This document shows, piece by piece, positions 43,792-54,937 of a stretch of DNA of 64,000 nucleotides. The stretch covers positions 868,001 to 932,000 of the forward strand of contig CP120461.1 of assembly GCA_034226945.1 (NCBI GenBank), given 5' to 3'. Position numbers and translations under genes: made by a program. The notes under the pieces were generated by a model. The model was not told the origin of the DNA, did not search any database, and saw only the letters and a program-made list of their open reading frames with translations. Origin of the DNA: Picochlorum sp. SENEW3 (lineage: Eukaryota). Positions within the stretch are counted from its first letter, which is position 1. Each line of letters starts with the position of its first letter.

Positions 43792-45542
43792 ATGCATTGT
43801 GTCCGATCTCTATCCCGTGTGAAACATACACTGATTTCATGGGAATTGAAGCCAACACAGGGCTCATTGACGCCGTTGCGGTGGATGGGTACGTTTGTTG
43901 GTGGAAATGACCAGTTGGAGAAGGTTGAGAATGCGAGCCTTTCTGGTCTCTCCTGGCTTGATGCATTCGTTGTAAATTATGAGAAAAAAGGTGTGCCTAA
44001 GAATGCGGGTGTGGATTCGGAGGAAGGGTTTCCGATGGTATGTGTTTTTCTTTGACGGTGCTGCACGAAGGGTTCGTGGGTTGATGAATCGTACTTTTGT
44101 GACATAGAAACGTATGCATATGTTGATGGAGCATCTTGGATCCCCTCAAAACGGTCTGAGATGTGTTCATGTGGCTGGGACGAAGGGAAAGGGGTCTACA
44201 GCGGCATTTATAGAGTCTATTTTGCTGAAGAGTGGATACTCTGTTGGGCTGTACACAAGGTATGTGAAAACTCTCTCATGTATCGGCATTGGTGAGACTC
44301 TTACAGCATGATTTGGATGTATTCAGTCCTCATATAATGAGTATCTGTGAGAGAATCCGGGTGAATGGCGAGAATATTGGTGCCTCTGAATTAGATGCAT
44401 TGATTGATTCATCTCGGGAGCAGATTCAGAGGTGCCAAGATTCGATCATCAATACGGATGACGGTGGTCTGTCTCATTTTGAGGTTATGACGGGCCTTGC
44501 ATTTCGTCATTTTAGAGATGCAAACGTGGACGTGGCCGTAATTGAAGCAGGGCTGGGGGGAGCTAGGGATGCCACAAATGTTGTTGACATCTTGGATGCA
44601 GCAGTCATCACACCAGTCGGATTTGAGCATGCCGATGCTCTTGGTGGAACAATAGAGTCTATCGCTCTCGCAAAATCAGGTATTATGAAAGAAGGAAGGA
44701 CATCAATTATTGGTAGACAAGAGAATCGTGAGGCTGAGGCGGTTGTGCTTCACCAGGCATCACTAAAGAAGAGTCCATCTTTTCGAACAGAGAGTATCGT
44801 TGATTACCATGTTCAATCGCAGACTGTAGATGGCAGCTCGCTGACACAAAATGTGTTATTTCAAATTCCAGCCTCTATAGCTTCCGATTGCTTTGGGAAC
44901 GGAGGGGAAGATCTTGAAATAGACATGGCGCTACGCATGGTTGGGGAGCATCAGGCAGCAAATGCAGCAAATGCAATCTGCACAGCCATCGGGCTGAAAA
45001 TGAATTCTGGATACGACAAGATATCGTTAGATTCCGTCACTCGAGGTATTGAGAGGACCATGGTACCAGGACGATTCCAAATAATTGAACAAAGCGAGAT
45101 TCAGGGGCAACCTCTTGTGACTGTTGTGGATGGTGCGCACACAAAGGAGTCTGCTCGCTGCCTGGCTGACACGGTGAGGCAGATTTTCCCAGACTCGCAG
45201 ATTGCGCTTGTTATTTCCATGGCTTCAGATAAAGATCACGAAGGGTTTTGCCGCGAGATACAGAAAGCCAAGCCATCTGTCGTGGTGTTTACAGATTGCC
45301 TGATTGCTGGAGATGGTACAAGGTCTGCTGGCCCAGGAGTCCTGGCTGGCGCTTGGCAAGTTGCGAAAATGACGAATAGAATCCCTGGATGGAGATGTAG
45401 GGAGCTGATACAAGCTTCCATGAAAAGCGCGATTGCCAAGGCTCGACACGAATTATCAGGAGAAGCCAACCTTGACAATGGTCACCCAGGTGTTATACTT
45501 GTCTGTGGCTCTCTGCATGCAACAGCAGCAGTCATGCATTAA
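43792..45542 (+). CDS. DHFS: Dihydrofolate synthetase (FolC family); introns 44038-44107, 44260-44326
   Basis: NYEKKGVPKNAGVDS (plant DHFS-type N-terminus), HVAGTKGKGS, YTSPH, EAGLGGARDATN, DGAHT, CGSLH. Confidence 0.88.
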
Positions 45543-45582
45543 CTTATTTACACGTATCTATATATATGTATGAGAACGCATA

Positions 45583-48558
45583 TTAGTTGTCTTTGTCGAC
45601 AAACTCATCGTCGTCGTCATCCAGGCCCCAATCATCATCCAGGTCGATATCCCCATCAAGTTCCTCTTCTAGCAGCTTTTCTTCCTCTGCTGTCAGTTCT
45701 AGGACATCGTTTTCTTCTTCTAAATCTTCATCATCTTCTTCTTGGGCATCACATGGTTCATCAAAGACATCTTCTTCTTTCTCTTCTGGTTCTGGCAACA
45801 TGGGTTCCTCCTCTTCAACTGGAGTAAAGGCCTCTTCTTCTTCTTCTGCTGCTGCTGCTTCCTCTTCAACCTCGGGCTCTGGTTCTTCTTCCTCCTCTGG
45901 CTCCGCTTCTTCGAAAACGTCTTCTTCTTCCTCTGGCTCTGCATCTTCTTCAAAAACGTCTTCTTCTTCTTCCGCATCAATCTCTTCTTCTGGCTCCTCA
46001 TACACCTCATTGCTTCGGCTACCATATCCTGTCTCTAATGCCTCCTTCTGCAATGACAAGCCACCCAAATCTCGTCCGAGCATTTCTACCACACCACTTG
46101 GAGAGTCCTTACCACCGAGAGCCATTTCCTTTTCCAAGGCCTCCTGCCATCCAGGGAAGAGATTTGGATACTCGTCAGGATTGGCAAGCGACTCTGCTGC
46201 TTTGGGGTTGATTGTAATCAAATCTGATTGCCACAAGCCTACTATTTCAGTCACTTTAGAAGGACAGTACGTCCTTGCAAAGAATGCAGCCTCAGGGAGC
46301 CTTCCACAGGCAATCAACAGGTCCACACACCCCTGTACATCACCCACCATGAATTTGCAGATGAAGGCAATATTATCCTTTCCGTGCTCATGAGCCAACT
46401 GGGACAAGGTCAACAAACCATCCGCATTGCCCTGCGCTGAGTAAAGCATCAGAAGACCACCCCAGTCTGAAGATTTGTTGAAACACGATTCAGACAGTTC
46501 CATATTCCCAGATGAGAATGCAAGCTCGCCCAACTGCCTCCATTTAGCTTCACTATCAGAAGCAGAAGCCAAGCGCGATGCAAGATCCAATTCACGTAAA
46601 CCAATCGCCAATTCAAACTTGTAGTCATCATCTGTTGCAATCTCCAATGCCTCTTCCGAGTACCCCTTGGCCTCCAAAAATTTGGCCAAAACATTATGGT
46701 GCTCCTTTGGAATGCCATCAAGCACATCAGCAGCAGTGTCAAAGTCTTCACGCATGATGAGCGTTTTATACTCGACAATAGACAGCAAGAGTTCATACGA
46801 TGTCACTCCGAAATCACGATCAACCAAAAAGACTCTTGATTGAGCTGCCATGTATCCCAACAAGTACATTGGGCGATCTAAATGATGCAGCGTTGTCACT
46901 TCACCACCAATACAATAGTTCAATCTCCACGAAGCATTATTGTATATGAAACAATCTCCCACCCAGATGGCTGACTTGACAACCTCTGGAATCTCAGCCT
47001 GCAGCTCAAAGGCATCCTCAATGCCATCCTCATCATCAATCTCCTCACCAGATTCAAACACAGCATCCACCACATCTTGCTGAAAGGATAACAAAAATAT
47101 TGCTTCCTCAGTCGCAATAGCTACAGAACCACCCGACTCGGACCAATACAAGGCCTTGGCTGACACATCAATCCTACGAATAGTTTCTCCAGTAGACCAA
47201 TCAAGGAACATGACAAACTCCTTTGTCCTCACACCAAGCAACGCCCCTCCATGAATACCAGTAATAGCAAATGGTACTTTGATCGGAAACGCTTCTTTAA
47301 AGTTCTTGTGCACCTTGATGATGTTGGAGCTTTCCCTCGTTGCATACACTGACGAATCCTGACTCCACGCAAACTCCAGAGCAGAACCAAACGCCTTATT
47401 CCTCCAAGCCAACGCAGTATACACCACATACTCTCCATCACCGCACACCGCCACAAACCGACCGTTTGGAGAATGCTCCAAACTCTGAGGATACACATCA
47501 GAAGACCCCAAATCCTTCACCGCCAATGGCAACCTCTCCCCATCCTCAGTCTGTGCAGCCACATCCCCCAGCGCCTTTATATTCACCGTCTGAACCTCAT
47601 TATGACGCGCCCAAATAACCTTCCCAGACGCATCCATCGACACCAAAGGATCCTCTCGCCCCATGGTAATCATCACACACCCCTCATCATACCCAAATGC
47701 CACCGCATTGCTCCCCCTACACGTCGCAATCGCCCACGCCCTCTCCATCCCATAATTCAGCGTACTCTCCAACCGATACGTCGTCGAATGCCACATCTTA
47801 ATCGTCCCATCCTCCGCCCCTGTCAATATCACCGGCAACTCTGGATGGAACGCCACAGCACTGATATTATGCGCATGCCCATCCAACATCTGAATACACG
47901 CCTTGGTCTGATAATCCCATATCTTCACCAGACTATCATCAGCTCCAGATATCAAATACGGCTTGTCCCCACCAACATAATAATCCACGCAGTTCACCCC
48001 ACGCTCGTGCCCCTCCAATGTAAAATTCGGCACTGGAGACCCAATAGACCACACCTTGACAGTCCTATCCAGCGACGCCGATGCAAACGTATTCGTATCC
48101 TTTGGATTAAAAGCCACGTACATCACATAATGACCATGCCCCTCAAACATCTGCGTGCACATCCAATCCTTGTCCCAATCCCACAGCTTGATCGTCATGT
48201 CATCAGAACACGTCAAAATCAACGGCAGAGTCGGATGCACCGCCACGTGTCTAATATAATCCTGATGAGCTTCAAACTGAGCAACTTTTTCCATCGTATT
48301 GTAATTATACACCCGGATGACCATATCATCCGCCCCACAGACCAACCATTGCTTCCGGGGAATGAACTTGACAGTCCTCACAGGCAATTCGGTTACTTCA
48401 AATGAGTTCACCAGTGTGTTATCAACATAATTCCAGATACACACGTGACCAGAGTAGAGGGATGTGACCAACCATGGCTCTGTCGGATGGATGTCCAATC
48501 CCTTGACTCGCTCAGACCGTTGGCTGAATGTCCTGGTGGCATCCAGTCTCAACGGCAT
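45583..48558 (-). CDS. SEC27: Coatomer beta' subunit with long acidic tail
   Basis: MPLRL..RSERVKGLDIHPTEPW, double WD40 propeller, YTALAWRNKAFG, PEAAFFARTYCPS, ESLANPDEYPNLF. Confidence 0.97.
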   Translation of the reverse strand: MPLRLDATRTFSQRSERVKGLDIHPTEPWLVTSLYSGHVCIWNYVDNTLVNSFEVTELPVRTVKFIPRKQWLVCGADDMVIRVYNYNTMEKVAQFEAHQDYIRHVAVHPTLPLILTCSDDMTIKLWDWDKDWMCTQMFEGHGHYVMYVAFNPKDTNTFASASLDRTVKVWSIGSPVPNFTLEGHERGVNCVDYYVGGDKPYLISGADDSLVKIWDYQTKACIQMLDGHAHNISAVAFHPELPVILTGAEDGTIKMWHSTTYRLESTLNYGMERAWAIATCRGSNAVAFGYDEGCVMITMGREDPLVSMDASGKVIWARHNEVQTVNIKALGDVAAQTEDGERLPLAVKDLGSSDVYPQSLEHSPNGRFVAVCGDGEYVVYTALAWRNKAFGSALEFAWSQDSSVYATRESSNIIKVHKNFKEAFPIKVPFAITGIHGGALLGVRTKEFVMFLDWSTGETIRRIDVSAKALYWSESGGSVAIATEEAIFLLSFQQDVVDAVFESGEEIDDEDGIEDAFELQAEIPEVVKSAIWVGDCFIYNNASWRLNYCIGGEVTTLHHLDRPMYLLGYMAAQSRVFLVDRDFGVTSYELLLSIVEYKTLIMREDFDTAADVLDGIPKEHHNVLAKFLEAKGYSEEALEIATDDDYKFELAIGLRELDLASRLASASDSEAKWRQLGELAFSSGNMELSESCFNKSSDWGGLLMLYSAQGNADGLLTLSQLAHEHGKDNIAFICKFMVGDVQGCVDLLIACGRLPEAAFFARTYCPSKVTEIVGLWQSDLITINPKAAESLANPDEYPNLFPGWQEALEKEMALGGKDSPSGVVEMLGRDLGGLSLQKEALETGYGSRSNEVYEEPEEEIDAEEEEDVFEEDAEPEEEEDVFEEAEPEEEEEPEPEVEEEAAAAEEEEEAFTPVEEEEPMLPEPEEKEEDVFDEPCDAQEEDDEDLEEENDVLELTAEEEKLLEEELDGDIDLDDDWGLDDDDDEFVDKDN

Positions 48559-49002
48559 CGTAGATATCAATTGATGTATCTATCTAAAACAGAATACCAA
48601 GAATAGAAGTGAGATGGGAGGGAGACAGTAGGGGAGTATAACAACAGATGGATCAGAGTAGGGTATAGATGTCCCATCCATGGATGGGTTTGATGGGATA
48701 TTTCTATAGCCTTGGCGCATGCCTTGAGGGATCCATGGTTGCTCAAGAATCTTGCATTCTGGGTGGGTAGAGGCACATATAAATACGTATCTATTGGTTA
48801 AAGTATCAATAGTCTATTCATACGCCCACAGGTATGTTGTATGTGGCGGTGGCAGTCTCATGGCGATGATCAGGATTCGCGTTGATTATATTGGTGAGAA
48901 CGGGGGCGGGAGAGGCCTGTTTGGTATGTATTATGAGTATTTATGTGTGCTTGTGTGTGTAGGAGTCTGTATTTTGATACCAAGGAAAAGAAGACACATC
49001 GC

Positions 49003-49371
49003 ATGTCCGCTGCTGACCTCGGAGGATTTTCTTTGCCAACTGGACCGTCTCTGGGAGGTTTTGACCCATTCGAAAAAGAGGACGGGAAAACGAGCAAAAA
49101 GTCTGATGTGAAGGAGAGTGTGCATATTCGAGTGCAACAGAGGAATGGTAAAAAGTCATTGACAACGGTGCAAGGATTGCCTAAAGAGTTCGACCTGAAG
49201 AAGATATTGAAGGCGTTGAAGAAGGAATATTGCTGTAACGGGTGTGTTGTGGAGGACGAAGAATTGGGAAAGGTGTTGCAGTTGCAAGGTGATCAGAGGA
49301 AGAACGTGAGTACGTTTGTTGTGGAGAACAAGCTGGTGAAGAAGGATGCCATCAAGATTCATGGGTTCTAG
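49003..49371 (+). CDS. SUI1: Translation initiation factor eIF1 (SUI1); probable 5'UTR intron 48832-48962
   Basis: VHIRVQQRNGKKSLTTVQG, KKEYCCNG, QLQGDQR, IKIHGF. Confidence 0.97.
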   Translation: MSAADLGGFSLPTGPSLGGFDPFEKEDGKTSKKSDVKESVHIRVQQRNGKKSLTTVQGLPKEFDLKKILKALKKEYCCNGCVVEDEELGKVLQLQGDQRKNVSTFVVENKLVKKDAIKIHGF

Positions 49372-49718
49372 TACTAGTATAGGGTGGGATAGCGGTGGTA
49401 TAGAGGCGTGGCGGTGTAGAGGAGTAGATATAGCGATGGTGGATTGTACGCGACGGAAATGAGTACTGCTTTCTCTCTCTTATTTCACTGTACCAACACG
49501 ATACTGCTGCGAATTTCCGAGTGCTGTGTTTTTTTCCTTCTTCTTTGTCCGTCTCGATCTCATGATGAGAGGGAGGAGGGGTAGGCGCATGCATATGATA
49601 CCACCACTACTACTACTATTCATGTTGTTTACAATGTATGTAATACAAGTGCATTTTTTTTTCTTTTGGCCTGTGCCAAACTTCTTGATGCATGCTCTTT
49701 TTAGAAGAATGACAATGA

Positions 49719-50938
49719 TTATGATGCATGGTGTGTAGTACCATTATCATCATCATTCTTCATCGTCTTCTGAATATGATGATGGTCGAACATGAAATTG
49801 TCCATGTAATCGTCGGCCACCTCGGTGCCAAAGCATGTTGCCAAGACCCTGCGGGTCTTGTCATTTTCTAGCTGCTTGGCGCAGTATCGAATATGCGCTT
49901 GCTCAATCTCTTGTATTGTACTGCTTCCATCTTCCAGAGGGGTCGCTAATCGAGCAAATTGGAGGTGGAAGTTGATCAATGCAAGGGTATACTTTAGGAA
50001 TCCTCCCATGTCCTCTGGGGATGTGGGCCGCAGAAGAATGCACAAGGGAGAAAATATGTCACGGCCCCAGTCTGGAATCCCCCTATTTGTTGCTACATTA
50101 TACGTGTCTTGAAGTGACTGGACAGACGTTGCATAGAGTGGTGGCAACGTGAGGCTGGATGTCACGGGACATGGATCTATGATGGCCAGCGATGGCGTGC
50201 CCTTAAAGGCCACCAGGTCCATGGATACAATGGGGAGGCTAAAGTTTGTCCGGGGATACATGACCAAGTGCAGGACTTGCATCCCATCCTGCTTCACAGC
50301 TACTTCAATGTGAAGCTTTCGGAAACAGTACGACTCGTACACCCTATTCTCTATCTGCATCCTGGGCCATGCTGCATCCTCCTTTGAGGGGTCTGGTATA
50401 TTATGGCTCATTCGACCCTCGCCCTTGGGGTCCATCGTATCCAAGTACGCATACTTCCTCGGTATATCACTCGCTGTCACATCTGGGAGAATATCCCACA
50501 TCATCGTCTCGATATGACTGACCAAGAGCTCAATCTGGGGAATGACCAGTGGCCCCACACGCCAGGACCCCATCTTGACCATCTGAGCCACCTCCTGCGA
50601 CGTGAGTGGTTTCTCTGCATCCATACAATCATTATCATACATCAATAAACAGCACATGCGTGTACAATGGACATACCTGGTGCATTGGCAGGTCGCTCTC
50701 CTCCACTCTGTCCACTAGAACCCATGCCATAAAACAGATCATGCACTGCTGGATCCTCCATCATAGCATCCCATTCCGTCTGCTCTTGTTCAGTAAGTCC
50801 ATCTGGACGTCTGTATTCATCATTCGTATCTCTAGGCAAGGCTCGACACACGCGTGTCTCGTGGTGGGTTGAAACGGGAAGCAAAGTCCCTTGGCAGTGA
50901 TGCTGACTGCCCATTGACAGCCTGATGGCCATTCTCAT
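49719..50938 (-). CDS. PCYA: Phycocyanobilin:ferredoxin oxidoreductase (PcyA-type bilin reductase), plastid; intron 50676-50615
   Basis: IENRVY..FRKLHIE, LHLVMYP, SMDLV, WGRDIFS, QLENDKTRRVL...FG...ADDYM..FMFD. Confidence 0.85.
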
Positions 50939-51258
50939 TTTGCTATCGGTTTGAATTTTTATGGATTCATTCCAATCGAAGAAAGAGGAATGCATTTTCT
51001 TTTGGTCACGAATTCAGAAAAGGCCTAATTAAGCAACTGCCCCACTCTAGATGCAGAGTGCCGGTTTCATGGTCCAAGTGGGTTATTCGAGGTATCATTC
51101 TTATTCTATAGTAGGTGTTGCATGCTTTGAATCATATACAGGCGGATTATACTGTAAAAGGGCTGTTGTGTGCATGCGCATTTCTTTCATGTGGATTGCA
51201 ACACATTGGTGCGGTGAGACGACATCCTTGGTGGCTTAAAATAGGCTCTACATAGTAT

Positions 51259-53079
51259 ATGAGTGATTCTGATAGCATTGCATTCGATTCCCTCGGGATC
51301 GATGCGAAGATTGTGAGGGCGTTGAATAAACGTCAATTTAGACGTGCAACTCGAGTGCAGGCTGCATGCATCCCTAAAGCGTTAGAGGGGCATGATATTG
51401 TGGCACGAGCTCGAACGGGGAGTGGGAAGACGTTGGCATACCTGGTGCCAGCGCTGCAGCGGTTGTTGGAGGTGGACAAGGGGAGGGTGGGGTGGCAGGC
51501 TCTCGTCCTAGTTCCTACCAAAGAGCTGTGTGAACAGGTGTGTCAGGAGGCCAAGTCATTGGCTCTTGCATGTTCAGGGTCTATTCAGGTGACGAGCTTG
51601 ACTGGAGATGGGAGGAGTCTTCGCCAGGCGGCAGTTACAGCTGGTTCTGTTGTTGTGTCGACGCCTGGTAGAGTGGCAGAGCTTATACGGAGCAAGGTTG
51701 TGCGTGGGGATATGCTCGGGTCCAATTTGACCTTTCTTGTGTTGGATGAAGCTGATCTCTTGTTGAGTTATGGATATGAGGAAGATATGGATGTGATTTC
51801 GCCATGCATTCCTCGATCCTGCCAATGCATGCTGACGAGTGCCACCACATCAGAGGATGTGGAGAAGCTGACGAGATTGATTCTCCAAAATCCAGTATCA
51901 CTGGATCTATTGGATGTGACCGACCCAAATAAAAAAGTGTTAGAAGAAGGAAAGGATGATATTGATCACCGTAGAATAGATTTACCATCAGCATCGGGGA
52001 ATCCAGGTTCCCTGACAGAGATGACGGAGCGGCTGCTGAGACTTCTGACGATTCTCAAGTATGGATTAGTGGAGAACAAAGTTTTAATCTTTGTGAATTC
52101 TCCTGATATGGGAATGAGGACGAGGCTGTTCTTGGATGCATTTGGAATACGCTGCTCTGAGATGCACTCAGAAATGCCTCTGAATACGCGAAACCATCTA
52201 TTGCAACAATTTAATAGAGGGCTGTTCGATTATTTGATAGCTACAGATGATGTGCATGGAATGGACGATGCTTCAAAAGGCAAGAAGGGGAAGAAGAACA
52301 AGAAGGATGAGGAGTTTGGTGTGACACGTGGGATAGATTTTAAGGGAGTCAAAACTGTCATCAATCTGGAGCTTCCCTCAAGTATTGATGGGTATACCCA
52401 CCGCGTCGGTAGAACCGGGAGGGCGGGAGAGCATGGGACGGCCATCTCGATCGCGGGAAAGGGAGATGACTCCATCATAAAGGATGTTGTGGCTCGTTTG
52501 GAAATCTCTGGCCAGTCCTTGTTGGAGTTTGATCGCATCACAGCGTCTGCAGTCGAAGGGCTCCGATATCGTGGAGAGGATGTGGCGAAGAGTATTACAA
52601 AATCAGTGATACGAGAAGCGCGAGCAAAGGATATTAAAGGAGAGTTGATGAACTCAAAACGCCTTGCCTCCTTCTTTGAGGAAAGACCATCTGATCTTCA
52701 GCTCCTTCGCCACGATAGGTCGGTGGCATCTACCACGGCAGGGGCTTCAGCCTCACATCTTAAACATGTACCAGCATATCTTCGCGACCCTTCACTCCAG
52801 GGGAAATCCTTTGTTGGCTCATCGGGTGTCGTTGGAGGCAATGGTTTTCTGGCACCACGAAAGAAGAGAAAGACTGACAAGATCGATCCAGTGAAGGGAT
52901 TCATGAGAGCACCAAAGCGTGGGGGTGATAGATTCGAAGAGCCTACAGAAATGGAGATGAGAGCCGAAAAAGCTGCTGAGAAGGAGCGCAAAAAGCTTAA
53001 AAAAGCTGGGAAATTGCCAGGAGAGCCATCATTCGTCCCCAAGAGGAATGTCCGGAGACACAAATCACGCAAACGTTGA
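51259..53079 (+). CDS. DBP9: DEAD-box RNA helicase DBP9/DDX56
   Basis: ARTGSGKT, DEADLLLSYGY, SAT, DEEFGVTRGIDF, HRVGRTGR, LRYRGED, LLRHD, HLKHVPAYL. Confidence 0.92.
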   Translation: MSDSDSIAFDSLGIDAKIVRALNKRQFRRATRVQAACIPKALEGHDIVARARTGSGKTLAYLVPALQRLLEVDKGRVGWQALVLVPTKELCEQVCQEAKSLALACSGSIQVTSLTGDGRSLRQAAVTAGSVVVSTPGRVAELIRSKVVRGDMLGSNLTFLVLDEADLLLSYGYEEDMDVISPCIPRSCQCMLTSATTSEDVEKLTRLILQNPVSLDLLDVTDPNKKVLEEGKDDIDHRRIDLPSASGNPGSLTEMTERLLRLLTILKYGLVENKVLIFVNSPDMGMRTRLFLDAFGIRCSEMHSEMPLNTRNHLLQQFNRGLFDYLIATDDVHGMDDASKGKKGKKNKKDEEFGVTRGIDFKGVKTVINLELPSSIDGYTHRVGRTGRAGEHGTAISIAGKGDDSIIKDVVARLEISGQSLLEFDRITASAVEGLRYRGEDVAKSITKSVIREARAKDIKGELMNSKRLASFFEERPSDLQLLRHDRSVASTTAGASASHLKHVPAYLRDPSLQGKSFVGSSGVVGGNGFLAPRKKRKTDKIDPVKGFMRAPKRGGDRFEEPTEMEMRAEKAAEKERKKLKKAGKLPGEPSFVPKRNVRRHKSRKR

Positions 53080-53131
53080 TAAATAAGAAATTTTATTTCT
53101 TCTCTTGTAATACTGTATTAGTTGCGGAGTA

Positions 53132-53613
53132 ATGGGTAGATTTGGAGGTGGGTTGGTCATGCCAATGCATGCTGCTGTCAACTGCGCTCATCTCGCGCCT
53201 TTATTGTGCGACCATTATACGATAATGTGCAACTCATGTAATTTTTCATTAATTGCATTGCAGGTGGAACCAACAATAGCTCCTTTAATGGTAGGACGAC
53301 CAACTGGCAAAAGGTGAAAAGGATAAAGGCACGAGTGGCAAAGAAGAGATCTGGAGCGAAATCAAAGCACTTGGACACTGCTGTGGAAGGAGTGAGTGGC
53401 AAGAGGACTGGTAAATCCCAGAGGAAGTCCCAGAGGAAGGAAAGGCTTCGACAAAAGGAGCAACAGAATCTGGAGTCTGGGATGGATGTTGATGGTGAGA
53501 AGAAGCCTGCGAAGAACTTGGCAAAAGCATTGAAAAAGACTGGCAGTGGCAAGAAAATCGTTCGAAAGATGATGAGCAAGTCAGAGGGCGAGGTGGATGC
53601 AATGACAGCCTAG
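53132..53613 (+). CDS. Small basic protein (121 aa), possibly Alb1/C11orf98-like ribosome biogenesis factor; intron 53148-53263
   Basis: Phase-compatible splice gives MGRFGGGTNNSSFNGRTTNWQKVKRIKARVAKKR...SGKRTGKSQRK...MDVD; K/R-rich; the family guess is weak. Confidence 0.6.
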
Positions 53614-53617
53614 CAGT

Positions 53618-54886
53618 ATGGAGCAACTGGTACAGGCATTTTTAGAAACATTTAGGGGACTGGGGACTCGGGGGAAACCTCAACCTGCTGAGCATACCAC
53701 CTTGGCTGGTGTAGTGATTAAATTTGATGACACGTATGCTTTGGATGAGACGTTGCTTGGTGGTTCATATGTGTTTGTTGCAATGGCAACGGGAACCAGA
53801 TGCATTCCAGCAGCATCCAGGTGCCCAAAAGGATCCACTGTTCATGATGGCCATGCAGAGGTGTTGGCCAGAAGAGTCTTTAATAGATGGCTACTAGAGG
53901 AGATAGAAAACTGTAGAAATGGTGAAAGATCGCTGATCTTCCTGAAAGATGGAGACAGACCTCCTTGCCTGAGGGATGGAGTGAGTTTTGAGCTACTAAT
54001 ATCAGCTCTTCCTTGTGGAGATGCTTCCATCGTGGAACAACAGGGACGCAAGAGAGGTCGCACTGGTGCTAAAGTTGTCCCTCGCGATGGCCCTGCGAGA
54101 TTGCCAGAGGCTGGTGATGTGGAGAGCCAGGATTGTTCACAAGCGCGTGGGGTTGTTCGAAGAAAACCAGGGAAGGGTTCACCCACATCCAGCGTCTCAT
54201 GCAGCGACAAAATCCTTAAATGGAATCTGTTAGGTTTTCAGGGATGTTTAATGCTACCCTTCATCCAAGAGCCACTGTATTTTAGTAAGATAATTGCTCT
54301 CACAAGTGATGAATGTGGAACACCAGGGAATGTGGACACTGCTGCATCGAGATCAATGCAAAGGGCGCTGTGGGAGCGTGCATGCAACCTTAAGGAATGC
54401 CTTGAAGGATCCATATTCGTTCGACAGACTTTTCCTAGGTTCACTGCGATTTCTGTGAACGCAGCAGTCCTGGAAGAGCACGGTCTTGTGGCATCTTCAA
54501 CAAGGAAAGTCTCCCCAGGAATCTCTGCAATGTGGTGGGCCAAAGCGTCAAAGGACTGGAAGTCGAAACGTCTGGACTATATGTCCCATATTCCTAAAGG
54601 TGATAAGAATTACTGCGAGGTCATTGTTGGAAAAACCGGAGTAAAGATGGGCTTTCAAAAGTCGGCAACAGACCCACCTGTTTGCAGCAAAGCATGTTCT
54701 CGCATTTCACGTGCTTCTATGAGAGACTTGGTGCAGCAAATGTACGATTCTAGAGACGAGAGACTCAATTCTGGCATACTTTCACACGATGAGCTCAAAC
54801 TTTCTGTATGTCCTGAGTACATGGAGGTCTGGAACAAACTCCGGCAACCTGGATCGTCATTATCAAACTGGATTTGTAAATCATGA
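53618..54886 (+). CDS. ADAT1: tRNA-specific adenosine deaminase ADAT1/Tad1
   Basis: GKP..E.T.LAG N-terminus, ATGTRC, HDGHAEVLARR, PCGDAS, RRKPGKG, SCSDKI..WN..G.QG; no dsRBD. Confidence 0.88.
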   Translation: MEQLVQAFLETFRGLGTRGKPQPAEHTTLAGVVIKFDDTYALDETLLGGSYVFVAMATGTRCIPAASRCPKGSTVHDGHAEVLARRVFNRWLLEEIENCRNGERSLIFLKDGDRPPCLRDGVSFELLISALPCGDASIVEQQGRKRGRTGAKVVPRDGPARLPEAGDVESQDCSQARGVVRRKPGKGSPTSSVSCSDKILKWNLLGFQGCLMLPFIQEPLYFSKIIALTSDECGTPGNVDTAASRSMQRALWERACNLKECLEGSIFVRQTFPRFTAISVNAAVLEEHGLVASSTRKVSPGISAMWWAKASKDWKSKRLDYMSHIPKGDKNYCEVIVGKTGVKMGFQKSATDPPVCSKACSRISRASMRDLVQQMYDSRDERLNSGILSHDELKLSVCPEYMEVWNKLRQPGSSLSNWICKS

Positions 54887-54937
54887 TTTACAGCTCGTGT
54901 AATAAATACTATTGTATAGATAATGATGTCTTTGAAT

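Noticed and set aside
45587..46393. 268-aa Ser-rich plus-strand ORF, and the 310-aa ORF at 47473-48405
   Set aside because: Antisense shadows of beta'-COP; composition is explained by the opposite-strand codons
53079..53132. DBP9 co-transcribed with the downstream small gene
   Set aside because: TGTAA at 53106-53110 suggests DBP9 terminates on its own
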